A DNA stretch of 64,000 nt from a bacterium. GTDB taxonomy: Bacteria; UBA8248. The position numbers were made by a program, and so were the translations under genes. A model generated the notes under the pieces. The model did not search any database, was not told the origin of the DNA, and saw only the letters and a program-made list of their open reading frames with translations. Below, piece after piece: positions 34,390 to 43,459 of the stretch. The DNA lies in the NCBI GenBank assembly GCA_965261085.1, contig OZ253442.1, positions 2,112,001-2,176,000 of the forward strand. The letters run 5' to 3'. How positions within the stretch are numbered: position 1 is the first letter of the stretch; every line of letters begins with the position of its first letter.

Positions 34390-35424
34390 TCAGGCGCGCT
34401 GCCCGGCCGCGGGGCGCTGGAAATGGGGGAGGACTTCTTCGCCGAGCAGCCGAATCGAGTTGAGTATCTTGCCGTGATCAAGCCCTGGAAACTGAATGCG
34501 GAAGTGCATGGAGGTCGTTCCGAGTTCCTCCTGATATCGTTTGATCTGGCGAATGCAATCATCCGGCGAGCCCACAATAAAGCGCCGGCGAAGATTTTCC
34601 ATAGCTTCAGCGCCCTGCTTCACCGGCCTCCCCTCGTCGTCCACCAAATGCCCCCAATCAAGATACTCCTGGTAGTTATAGAGCATGGGTTCTCGCGCCT
34701 CCTCCCAAGCTCGCTCGCTCTCTTCGGCCACGTAGGCTTCGCGTCTCAGGGGGAACTCCACCTGGGATGCGTCCTTCCCCGTCTCGGCCAGGGCATCGAG
34801 ATAGACTTGTTTTCGCTCCTTGAGCACCTTGAGCGGCGTGACCGGATCGGCGAGCCATGCGTTTCCCATGCGTGCGGCGCGGCGGATAGCGGCGGGCAGC
34901 TTGGCCGCCACCCAAATGGGAGGGCATGGCTTCTGCACCGGGCGAGGCATGAGGGTGACATCCTCCATGGGAAAGTAAGGGCCCGTGTGTGTCACGCCCC
35001 GCTCCGTCATTAACCGGCGAACCAGTCCGAGAGCCTCCTCAAAACGGGCGGCCCGTTGCTCGAAAGGAACATTAAAAGCCGCGAATTCCTCCCGCCTGTA
35101 GCCGAGTCCCACCCCCAGCACGAAGCGGCCCCGGGACATGATGTCCAGGACCGCGGCGTCCTCGGCCACCGCCAGCGGGTGATAGAAGGGAAGGAGGAGG
35201 ACGCAGGTGCCGATGCGCATCTTCTCCGTCCGGGTAGCGATGCCGGCGCAGGTCACCATGTTGGAGGGAAAATAGCCGTTATCCTCCACCATGTGGTGTT
35301 CGCTCGTCGTCACCATGTCGAAGCCGTACTTCTCCGCCAGGGCGATCTGCTCCAGGGAATTGTGATAGGCATCCACCCAGTGCCCAGTGCGAGACTGATA
35401 GCTGTAGTGCAAGGCGAACTTCAT
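34390..35424 (-). CDS. Luciferase-like (LLM) flavin-dependent oxidoreductase
   Basis: AEKYGFD..SEHH, IATRTEKMRIGT, HPLAVAEDAAVLD, GRFVLGVGLGY, PRPVQKPCPPIW. Confidence 0.93.
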   Translation of the reverse strand: MKFALHYSYQSRTGHWVDAYHNSLEQIALAEKYGFDMVTTSEHHMVEDNGYFPSNMVTCAGIATRTEKMRIGTCVLLLPFYHPLAVAEDAAVLDIMSRGRFVLGVGLGYRREEFAAFNVPFEQRAARFEEALGLVRRLMTERGVTHTGPYFPMEDVTLMPRPVQKPCPPIWVAAKLPAAIRRAARMGNAWLADPVTPLKVLKERKQVYLDALAETGKDASQVEFPLRREAYVAEESERAWEEAREPMLYNYQEYLDWGHLVDDEGRPVKQGAEAMENLRRRFIVGSPDDCIRQIKRYQEELGTTSMHFRIQFPGLDHGKILNSIRLLGEEVLPHFQRPAAGQRA

Positions 35425-35587
35425 AGCTCCATCCTCCTAAACGATCCGGTTCGTTGGCCACTCACATCTACGCTCCAGACAAAACACATATAAGCCGAAA
35501 TATCCCGGCCCTTGAAATGACTCGTTTCGGAAATGGAGATGGGAAATCGCCTGAGCCGTGTTTTTCAGAGAACTCTTCAACATGAAT

Positions 35588-37003
35588 TCAAGATTCGATC
35601 GTGTATTTGGACAGGACGCCCCCGGACTTGCCGCGCGGGACGAACTGGCCGTAGCCCGGTTGTTGCATGAGCTCACCCTCCCGGAGGACCACCTTTCCGC
35701 GCAGGAGACTGAGCTCCAGCCGGCCGCTAAGCTCCCATCCCTCATAGAGCGTGTAATCGGAATTCGTGTGCTGCCCCGCCGCCGTCACGGTCGAACGCCC
35801 ATCCGGGTCGATGACGACGAGGTCGGCGTCGGAGCCGACGAGAAGCCCTCCTTTCTGCGGGTAGAGACCCAGGGCGCGCGCCGGATTCTCACTCGTGAGC
35901 TGCACGAGGCGCTCGGCCGAAATCCTCCCGCGGGCAACGCCCTCGCTGAAGAGAACCGGAAGGAGGGTCTCGATGCCGGGAGCCCCGAAGGGCGCTTCGG
36001 TGAAGGGCGGGTCATTCTTCTGCGCCTGGCTACAGGGGGCGTGATCGCTCCCGATGACGTTGATCCATCCGTCCTGGATGCCCTTCCAGAGAGCGGAGAC
36101 GTCCGCCTCCTCCCGCAGCGGAGGCGCCACCTTGGCCAGGCTTCCCCGCTCCCGCACGGCCGCCCCCGTGAGGGTCAGATACTGCGGGCAGGTTTCCACG
36201 ACGATGTCCTTCCCGGCCGCCAGCGCGCGCCGCGCCTCATCGAGGGCTTGCGCCGCCGTGAGGTGGACGATGTAAAGCGGGCAGCCCGCAAGATCCGCGA
36301 GGTGGATCGACCGCGCTACCGACTCGGCCTCCAACTGGGGCGGGCGTGTGTATTCCAGGAATTCGGCGCCGTCCATTCCGGCATCGAGGGCCTTGTTCTC
36401 CAGGTAGTCGATGACCAGGCCGTTTTCGGCGTGGACGAGCACGGTGCCGCCATGACGCCCCACGATATCGAGCGCGGCGTAGAAGTAGTCGTCCGGGATG
36501 CATCGGCCGCGGCCCCGCTTTCGGTAGCCCATCATGACCTTGAAGGTGGTGACGCCGCTATCGATGGCCTTGGGGATCTCGGCGAGATACTCGAAATCCT
36601 CGAAGATCCAGGCGTGCAGCGAGAAGTCGATCACGCTCTGCGCTTCGCCCTCCTCGCGGCAACGCTGCAGCGTGGAGAGCATGGTCTCATTCTCCTCGCC
36701 CGTGGCGAAGGGAACCATGGTCGTGACTCCTCCGTGCGCGGCGCTCCGCGCAACGTCGGACAGGGAATCGACATGGGAGGAGTACGCCCTGAAGTGGACA
36801 TGGGGGTCGACGACACCCGGAAGAATGAGCTTGCCCGGCACCTCCAGGACCTCCTCGGCGGCGGGCATACTTTCCGGCGCGCCCACACAGGCGACCCTCC
36901 CGTCTCGAACGCCGAGAGCAGCCTCCTGCCGGCCGTGACCGGATACGATTGCGCCGCCTTTCACGAGCAGGTCGAGCGGTTTCTGCTGGGACCTATCTGT
37001 CAT
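35588..37003 (-). CDS. Cyclic amidohydrolase (dihydropyrimidinase/hydantoinase/allantoinase-like)
   Basis: PGVVDPHVH, GGVTT, TTFKVMM, VHAEN, YIVHL, ETCPQYL, GSDHAP. Confidence 0.9.
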   Translation of the reverse strand: MTDRSQQKPLDLLVKGGAIVSGHGRQEAALGVRDGRVACVGAPESMPAAEEVLEVPGKLILPGVVDPHVHFRAYSSHVDSLSDVARSAAHGGVTTMVPFATGEENETMLSTLQRCREEGEAQSVIDFSLHAWIFEDFEYLAEIPKAIDSGVTTFKVMMGYRKRGRGRCIPDDYFYAALDIVGRHGGTVLVHAENGLVIDYLENKALDAGMDGAEFLEYTRPPQLEAESVARSIHLADLAGCPLYIVHLTAAQALDEARRALAAGKDIVVETCPQYLTLTGAAVRERGSLAKVAPPLREEADVSALWKGIQDGWINVIGSDHAPCSQAQKNDPPFTEAPFGAPGIETLLPVLFSEGVARGRISAERLVQLTSENPARALGLYPQKGGLLVGSDADLVVIDPDGRSTVTAAGQHTNSDYTLYEGWELSGRLELSLLRGKVVLREGELMQQPGYGQFVPRGKSGGVLSKYTIES

Positions 37004-37384
37004 GAAAACCTCCCTTGCGGACAGTCGCCGACGCCGGATGAAACAGCCGTTTCACGCCGGCTCCTCCTTTGTGAAATGACCCGGCCATGAAGCGGTAATC
37101 GAACTTTGATACTTCAACTGATTAAGACGCAGCATACTATATATCGCGGGCGCGCCAAAACCCGGGTGCATCCATTCGGTTTCTCAAAAATACAAATCAA
37201 TCGATAAAGAGGGGCCGAATACCGTTCTTGGGCGAGGCGGAAATCGGCAAGGCGGCCCTGCGCAAAGCTCTTATCGAAAGTGAGCAGTCCGTGGCCCGCA
37301 AACATACACAGGGCCGTTCGCGAACGGTGGGGCAGGCGCATAGGCGGCAGGCATGTATGTCCGCCCGTGCGATTTCTTTCTTTT

Positions 37385-38701
37385 TTAATACTCGAACACC
37401 GTGGGGCCGTCCACCTTTTCGGTCAGCGCCGCTACGGCCGCGCGGGCTGCGCCGAGGCGCCATTCGCGCTCGGCCTCGGGCGTCCGGGAGGGATCGCCGA
37501 AAGGATGGTGAAAATGTCCGGCGCGGTTGTTGACGATTCGGTTGACCCCGATGTCACGCGCCACGTCGGGCAGACAGGTGACGATGACGGTGGGGATGGC
37601 CTCCCGCTCCAAGGCTCTCGCCAGCGCAGCCCCGCTGCGCGTGCCGGTTCCTCACGTGGCGGGGAGGACGACGCCCTCGACCCCGGCCTTTTTGAGCTCC
37701 GCGGCCCAGGCGCGGCCGATGCCGTCCATCTCGGCGAAGGCGCCGCCGTTCCCGCAGGTGCTCAGAAAATCATCGTGGAGCGCGGCGATTTCGCCCTCGT
37801 TTTCTAACCGCCGGAAGGCGTCCACGGCGAGCATGCGGTCGGGCTCCTCGTTCACGAACACGGTGTTGAAGCCCCCGTGGATCGAGATGAAGGCGCCGCC
37901 CGGAAGGGCGTCTTTCCCCTCGAAGGAGTAGGTGGCCCAGTTCTCGTTCCTTGAGCCGGCGAAGCGATCCGGGTTGCCGGGGGGCACCATGCCGCCTTCT
38001 GATACGATGGCGATGCGGGCCTTTTTGAGATCGGCGATAGGCTTAGGCGGAGCTATCTCTTCCAGAACGGGCACTTCGAGTTCCGTCTCGTAGGGCTCGC
38101 CCTTGATTTTCTGGAGAACCATATCGACGGCGCGCCGCGAAGTCGGAAGCTCGGCGATTTCGTTGTAGCGGATGCCGCGCGGGAGGTAGCCATCGTCTGC
38201 GGCATTGCCGACCTCCTCGCCCCGGGCGAGCTTGAGCCCCAGGCGGGCGGCGGCTTCTAAGGCCTCTTCCATCCCGGCGGCGGACGCGGCTGCGGGGACG
38301 GTGTGAACGCTGATTCCGGCGGCGGGAAAGCCCGGATTCTCAGGGTGCATGGCGGTGACGACGGGAATGCCCGCCTCCTGCGCTGCGCGGCAGACGGCGG
38401 CGCAGGCGAGCCCGAAGCGCCCGGCGTTGAAAGCGGGCCCGGCGAGAACGAGATCGGGAGAAAACGCCATCACCAGCGCGATGGCCTCGGCGGCGCATGT
38501 TTTTTCATTCTCGGCGAAAAGACCGTCTCCCGCAAAGACGGTGCCGATGACTTCGGCGTCCTCGCCCAGGATTTTATCGAGCAATACGCCGGGGCCGACG
38601 GGGCCGGGCCGGGTGGATACGGGATGATCGCTTTTCTCCTCGCCCCCGACACCTGCGAAAAACTGGTTCAAGTAGTGAACGACCCGAAGTTTAGTGCTCA
38701 T
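37385..38701 (-). CDS. grdB: Glycine/sarcosine/betaine reductase selenoprotein B-like, 438 aa, Sec350 (UGA 37652-37654)
   Basis: RVVHYLNQFFAGVGGEE, AGPAFNAGRFG, MHPENPG, HGGF. An in-frame UGA joins 37652..38701 to 37385..37612: LPAT-U-GTGTRSGAALARALERE. Confidence 0.9.
37624..37640 (-). promoter_or_regulatory. Candidate SECIS hairpin of grdB
   Basis: GCGCAGC-GGG-GCTGCGC, a perfect 7-bp stem starting 11 nt 3' of the UGA. Confidence 0.7.
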
Positions 38702-38915
38702 AGCCTGGCCTCCTCGTATGAATTCCTTGAAACATATAGGAAATTACACGTGATTATATACTTAATAAAGTGAGCCTCAAGATGTATATTTCTTTGAATG
38801 GGTACTTTATCAACAATCAAAGGTAGAGAGTTTTTCATCGTAGTTCCTGATTCTGGTTTTTTTGTCGATGACCTGCCTGAGTTCATCAATGACCCTAGAA
38901 ATATCATCCCCCTGT

Positions 38916-39239
38916 TCAATTCGTTAGGTAGATAGTGCTTTCATCTGTCTTGCCGTCTTCTTTTAGTTTGTTATATTCGGCTTGCGGCATCGACTCTATA
39001 TGCGTGATAGTTTTGGACTTAACGACATGCTCTTTTTCGTTAAGTGACACGCTACGAGAATCTACTTGGTTGATGATATTGACAGTCGGCTGTTTCTCTA
39101 TCCCGTCAATTTTTTCGCGTAGTTCGCGAAACTGCTTCTTATGAAAGAGCCAACCAATCATCAAACCAACAGCCACAGCTATACCGTAGGATAGTGCTTC
39201 CCTTGCAATAAACTTGACCAACGATTCAGGAAGTTCCAT
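38916..39239 (-). CDS. AT-rich hypothetical membrane protein inserted in the grd cluster
   Basis: 107 aa with one TM helix (YGIAVAVGLMIGWLF), C-terminal QAEYNKLKEDGKTDESTIYLT. Lies in an AT-rich segment of about 38720-39360. Confidence 0.6.
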   Translation of the reverse strand: MELPESLVKFIAREALSYGIAVAVGLMIGWLFHKKQFRELREKIDGIEKQPTVNIINQVDSRSVSLNEKEHVVKSKTITHIESMPQAEYNKLKEDGKTDESTIYLTN

Positions 39240-39414
39240 GTTCTCTTACCACCAGTTGTGCCTAGCTTAGTCAAGTTTATAATCACGCATTCTTAAATCT
39301 GCAAAAGTAGGCGTGAAATTTGCTTTAGTTTTCAAAATACAATTCCCGCCAAACATTTTAGCCCCGTGTCGAACACCCGGCAGGGCGAATATCCCGATCA
39401 ACGATCCCCCAACC

Positions 39415-40710
39415 TCAGTACGCCTTGCCCACCATGTTGTTGATGTCCTTCGCCCACTCGCTGGCGTAGTAGTCGCTGTCGACCAGGGTAAAGGCCTCGC
39501 GGACGTTGCATCTCTTACCGTTGTAGAATTCGACGACCTCGGAGCCGATGACGCGCTCCACCGCAGGGGCGGCGATGCGCTCCCCCTGCATACCCTTGGA
39601 AATGACGGCGTCGGCCTCGGGCACATGAAAGACGAGCGGGAACTCGCCCGACCCCGGACGGCCCACCTCGTAGATGATCGGAACGGCGCTCACGCCCATC
39701 TGCTCGAGCGCCTGGACGGTGAGCCAGTAGTCCACCGTGGAGTTGCCGCCGCCCTCGAAGGCGAGAACCGCGCCGTCGGCCTTGAGGAGGGTGGCGAGCT
39801 TGGCCACGTATTGCGCCGAGCGCTCCTTGAGCGCCTGGTTGTCGTGGTGGCCGCGCGTGATGACCATGCCTGCGAAATTGAGGTCCACCCCGTGGCGGCG
39901 GTAGAGCTCGTATATGAGCGGCATGTTGCAGTGCAGATAGGTCGGCGCCTTCTGCTGCGTCTTGTAATTCGCCCCCACCACCGCGCCGTCGAGCATCTCG
40001 TTCGGGTGAATGAGCGTGGGAAGCGAATCCCCCAGATTTTTGCCGTACATGAAGGTCTGAACCATGGACGCCTGGTGCATGACCTGATCGACGAAAATCA
40101 CCCGGGGAAGGCCGGGGTCGACGTCGCCGATCTCGAACCTTTCCAAGCTAACGGGTTCGAGCTCCGCCGTGTGCGCGGCCAGCCGGGACGCCACCTTCAG
40201 CGTCGCCAGGCGCACGGCGTCGTCATGCGCTTCGTTCGAGGCGCCATCCAGCGGCTCATAGCAGGCGACGAGATTCGCGGTCTCTGAATTCGTGCAGTGC
40301 ATCGCACCAGGACCGGACATATCGATAATCCCCTCGCGAAAGCTCATGATGCCCGTCATGGGACCGAGGAAATGGGTGGTGCTGATGACGCACATCCCAG
40401 CGAGCTTGTGGGTGCGGCCTTGGCCTGCGGTCTTCGCCGGGCCGAGGAATCCGGGGAAAGCGCATGAGCGCCCGCTTACCTTGTAGAGAGGCTCCACCGC
40501 ATCTAAGACGTTGGTGATCCGCACCGAATCTCCCGGCATGGCGGCGTGAAAGCTGACATCCTTGAGCGTGCCGTCTTCGAGCGCCAGTTCACGGAGGGCA
40601 TCGGCATCCACGGTGAGCGTTTTATCCCGGTACGCGAAGCGCTTTCCGAGGATGATTTTTGATACGGGAAATATACCCATCTCCAATTTCATGGACATCA
40701 TCGCCTCCAC
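39415..40710 (-). CDS. Glycine/sarcosine/betaine reductase component B alpha/beta proprotein-like (GrdE/GrdG/GrdI family)
   Basis: PGDSVRITNVLDAVEP, FPGFLG, GQGRTHKLAG, EGIIDMSGPGA, PTLIHPNEMLDGAVV, EGGGN. The start may be one of the Met codons a few residues downstream. Confidence 0.9.
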   Translation of the reverse strand: MEAMMSMKLEMGIFPVSKIILGKRFAYRDKTLTVDADALRELALEDGTLKDVSFHAAMPGDSVRITNVLDAVEPLYKVSGRSCAFPGFLGPAKTAGQGRTHKLAGMCVISTTHFLGPMTGIMSFREGIIDMSGPGAMHCTNSETANLVACYEPLDGASNEAHDDAVRLATLKVASRLAAHTAELEPVSLERFEIGDVDPGLPRVIFVDQVMHQASMVQTFMYGKNLGDSLPTLIHPNEMLDGAVVGANYKTQQKAPTYLHCNMPLIYELYRRHGVDLNFAGMVITRGHHDNQALKERSAQYVAKLATLLKADGAVLAFEGGGNSTVDYWLTVQALEQMGVSAVPIIYEVGRPGSGEFPLVFHVPEADAVISKGMQGERIAAPAVERVIGSEVVEFYNGKRCNVREAFTLVDSDYYASEWAKDINNMVGKAY

Positions 40711-41162
40711 TACCTCGCCGTGCGCATTTCGGCGAGATCGCTTTCTATCTGCTCTAAATCGAGCACCATTTCCATCATGAGAAGTTTATCGGCGTACAGG
40801 TCCTCGGGAACCTGGGATCGCACCTTCTCCTCGAGGATGTGAAAAACGGGGAGTCCCAACGAGACTCCCGCCAGGGGCCCGGCCCAACTGGGGTCCCCGG
40901 TGGTCAGCGTTTCGGCCGCGAGCCGAAGGCCTTCACCGGGCATTCCCAATACCACCATCAAATTTTCCGGCCCGACCTCATCCGCAATCGATTTGATGGC
41001 GGCCTGGTTTTCCAAGTCCATGGCGCCAGCGGAGGTTCAGACGAAACACTCCGTCTTCTGGAATACGATCTCCGCTCCCGCCGCCTCGAGGCATTCGGCA
41101 ATCAGCGGACCGGGAACGCCGTCCCGCTCGCCCAGCGCAATCACCTTCTTGCCCTTGAACAT
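40710..41162 (-). CDS. grdA: Glycine reductase selenoprotein A, 150 aa, CxxU with Sec42 (UGA 41037-41039)
   Basis: [71 protein letters not shown]. The 5' half is missing from the ORF track because of the UGA. Confidence 0.95.
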
Positions 41163-41198
41163 GAATATCCTCCCGCTTGCTACAAAAAAACGAACGAA

Positions 41199-42617
41199 TC
41201 ATGCTTCTATCAATACCGAAGCCCCGTCGGCCTGCTGGGACATCCGGCCCAGAAACAGACTCCCTTTCGCCACCACCATTGTACTCTGAAGGTGGCCCGC
41301 CCGCATCCTCTTAAGAGCGTGGCCGAGAAAGGGAACGCCTGCGGGAATGTGCCCCTGCGTAGGCGCGAATCCGGGCATCCCGTGCGCCTCGATAAAATCC
41401 GGAATCTCCTCGCGGGCTATTTCCCCGCCCATGACCGCCATGGCGGCCAGCATTCTGTAATTCGTGGCCGCAACGTCTCCCGCCCCCGCAGGCAGCATGA
41501 CCTCGGGGTTATGCAGTTCGACGGCATACTTATCGACGCTTCTCAGCTTGCGCCCGGCCCGGGCCAGCGGGTCCCGCACCAGAGCCTCGGCCAACCCCTG
41601 GGGGGTGGAGGGCCTTCCCGCCGCGTGGCGACCCGCGATTTCAAGATTCACCCGGGGGCCGTCTTCCGAATTTTTAGTGAGAAAGAACGCCACCCCGCCC
41701 AATACGTCTTCGAGAACGGGCATCTCTTTTCCCAGATGGTAGTACGCCTTCATCCCGAGCTTCGCCATCGAACCGCCTCCTACGACGACGGCGTTTCCCA
41801 CGACACCCGCCTGAATGAGGGCCGCCGCGTGTATGAGCGCGTACACCGGCGCCGCGCAGAAAGACTTCACATCGACGCCGGCCGCATTCACGCAACCCGC
41901 CATCTCGGCGATTGCCTTGGCGAGATTGCCTCCGCCGCGATTGTAGCGATCTCCGACCGCCTCCTCGGAGCAACTGATGACGTACTCTATTACGTCCGGA
42001 GCGATGCTCTCCTGCACCAGAAGCCGGCTGAGAGCGTATGCGCCGCTGGCCTTGGCCGCCAAGTTTTCCAGAAGAATACGGGCATTGAGCGATTCGTCGG
42101 AATCATGATCGCGGCGAATGCACCCGATGAGTCCTTTATTCTGAAAAAGCGGCAGGGCCTCTCCTCGCTCGATGCGCCGGAAAATGTCTTCCTGGGGATA
42201 TTCCTTTGGGGGTTTTTCTGTTTTGAGAAGAGCGGAGGTGGATTCCGAACCTATGACGCCCGAAACATGACGCTCCTTGTTGCGCATGATCAATCCAAAC
42301 TGATCGGCCGCTTCGAGAAGGGAGTAGAAAGAATTCTGCGGGAGGATTTCCCCGAAAACGCCCTCAGGCGAAGCGCCTGCGAGGGAATTTTCGTACCACG
42401 GAGAAGGAATTTCATTCAACTTCTCGGGCGCGAGATTGCCGATGAAAACCTGGTTCGGCGCATAGCCGACCACTTCGTCAAAAGACCGCAGATTTGTGAA
42501 TACGTCGCCAGGCGCCTGATTGTTCCGGATAGCCTCGCGCCAGGGTTTCGAGCCGTAGCGAACCAGATCGGGAACATGAACGAGAACGTTCGCCGCCGCA
42601 CGTAAATACGCAGTCAT
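41199..42617 (-). CDS. grdC: Glycine reductase complex component C beta subunit
   Basis: YAPNQVFIGN, CSEEAVGDRYNRGGGNLAKAIAE, FCAAP, ELHNPE, GFAPTQGHIPAGVP, KGSLFLGRM. Confidence 0.93.
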   Translation of the reverse strand: MTAYLRAAANVLVHVPDLVRYGSKPWREAIRNNQAPGDVFTNLRSFDEVVGYAPNQVFIGNLAPEKLNEIPSPWYENSLAGASPEGVFGEILPQNSFYSLLEAADQFGLIMRNKERHVSGVIGSESTSALLKTEKPPKEYPQEDIFRRIERGEALPLFQNKGLIGCIRRDHDSDESLNARILLENLAAKASGAYALSRLLVQESIAPDVIEYVISCSEEAVGDRYNRGGGNLAKAIAEMAGCVNAAGVDVKSFCAAPVYALIHAAALIQAGVVGNAVVVGGGSMAKLGMKAYYHLGKEMPVLEDVLGGVAFFLTKNSEDGPRVNLEIAGRHAAGRPSTPQGLAEALVRDPLARAGRKLRSVDKYAVELHNPEVMLPAGAGDVAATNYRMLAAMAVMGGEIAREEIPDFIEAHGMPGFAPTQGHIPAGVPFLGHALKRMRAGHLQSTMVVAKGSLFLGRMSQQADGASVLIEA

Positions 42618-43147
42618 ATCACCCGCCAAAAAAGGAGGAAGGAAAGATTACACGAGCATTCGTACCGGAAATTACATGCCACATCATCTCACCCGGCAAA
42701 AACCATTCACCACGCGTTTTTTCAGCACCCGCCCTGTTCTTCAATAAACACATCCAGGCCAGGGCTTCATCATAAAGAAACGGGAATGATATGCGAAACG
42801 AACAAACTCTTTGCACTTCGATCTTTCATTTCGTTGAGCAGGTTACCGGCTCGCCCCGAGCTTCGCTCAGTCGGGATTGACCCGGCATTTCCCCGCATTT
42901 GCGCTTCTCGCGCGTGGCGGGGGTTTCGCTATGGTGGCGAAGCGAGCCGGCCCCTTCACGAAGACGGGGCGGGCGAATCTCTCGCAGCCCTCTCATGAGG
43001 AAGACTCGATGACAAGGCGTACTTCAAGCTATCCTTTCATGCGGACCCAGGCGGCGAGCCTCACGGGCTCCCTCATGGGGACGGGGCGGAGCGATGGAAC
43101 GGCCCCGAGGGGGAGGAGAGGTGAGGATTCGGAATTCCTGAAAAATA

Positions 43148-43192
43148 CGATAAAATTAGATAAATTCACGGGGTTTTTCGATAAATTTCTGA
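43148..43192 (-). promoter_or_regulatory. Conserved 45-bp intergenic motif, copy 1 (grdC/tal divergent region)
   Basis: CGATAAAATTAGATAAATTCACGGGGTTTTTCGATAAATTTCTGA is 41/45 identical to the reverse complement of 55723-55767. Confidence 0.7.
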
Positions 43193-43373
43193 AAATAAAT
43201 CGCCCGGAAGAAGCCTTGCAAGGTGTTGAAATACAATGATATTCAATCAAAATATGAGTGTATGCCGCTCAAATAAAAGACCGAAAAAAATTTAGCGTTC
43301 CGCATTTGCCCGCAAATCCGATGAGATGGGCGCAGTTCCCGGTATTATCCCGCAAATCCTCACCCCCCCCATG

Positions 43374-43401
43374 TTGACATTTGGGCGCAGTGGCGTAATC
43401 T
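43374..43401 (+). promoter_or_regulatory. Candidate sigma70 promoter of tal
   Basis: TTGACA-16 nt-TAATCT, 58 nt upstream of the ATG. Confidence 0.45.
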
Positions 43402-43459
43402 TCATAACAGCGGGGCATGACCCCGTGGGGGGGAATGAACACGTCCAGCGGGAGAGAAC

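Noticed and set aside
39355-39417. Possible Sec read-through of the grdE-like TGA stop
   Set aside because: The family normally ends at this aromatic residue, the extension is only 19 codons, and there is no hairpin with the 11-nt geometry.
42620-43140. Glycine riboswitch or tRNA-Sec upstream of grdC
   Set aside because: GC-rich hairpins are present, but I could not find the GGAGA/CCGAAG/CTCTCAGG aptamer core or a cloverleaf with a TCA anticodon and GTTCG T-loop. An Infernal scan would settle it.
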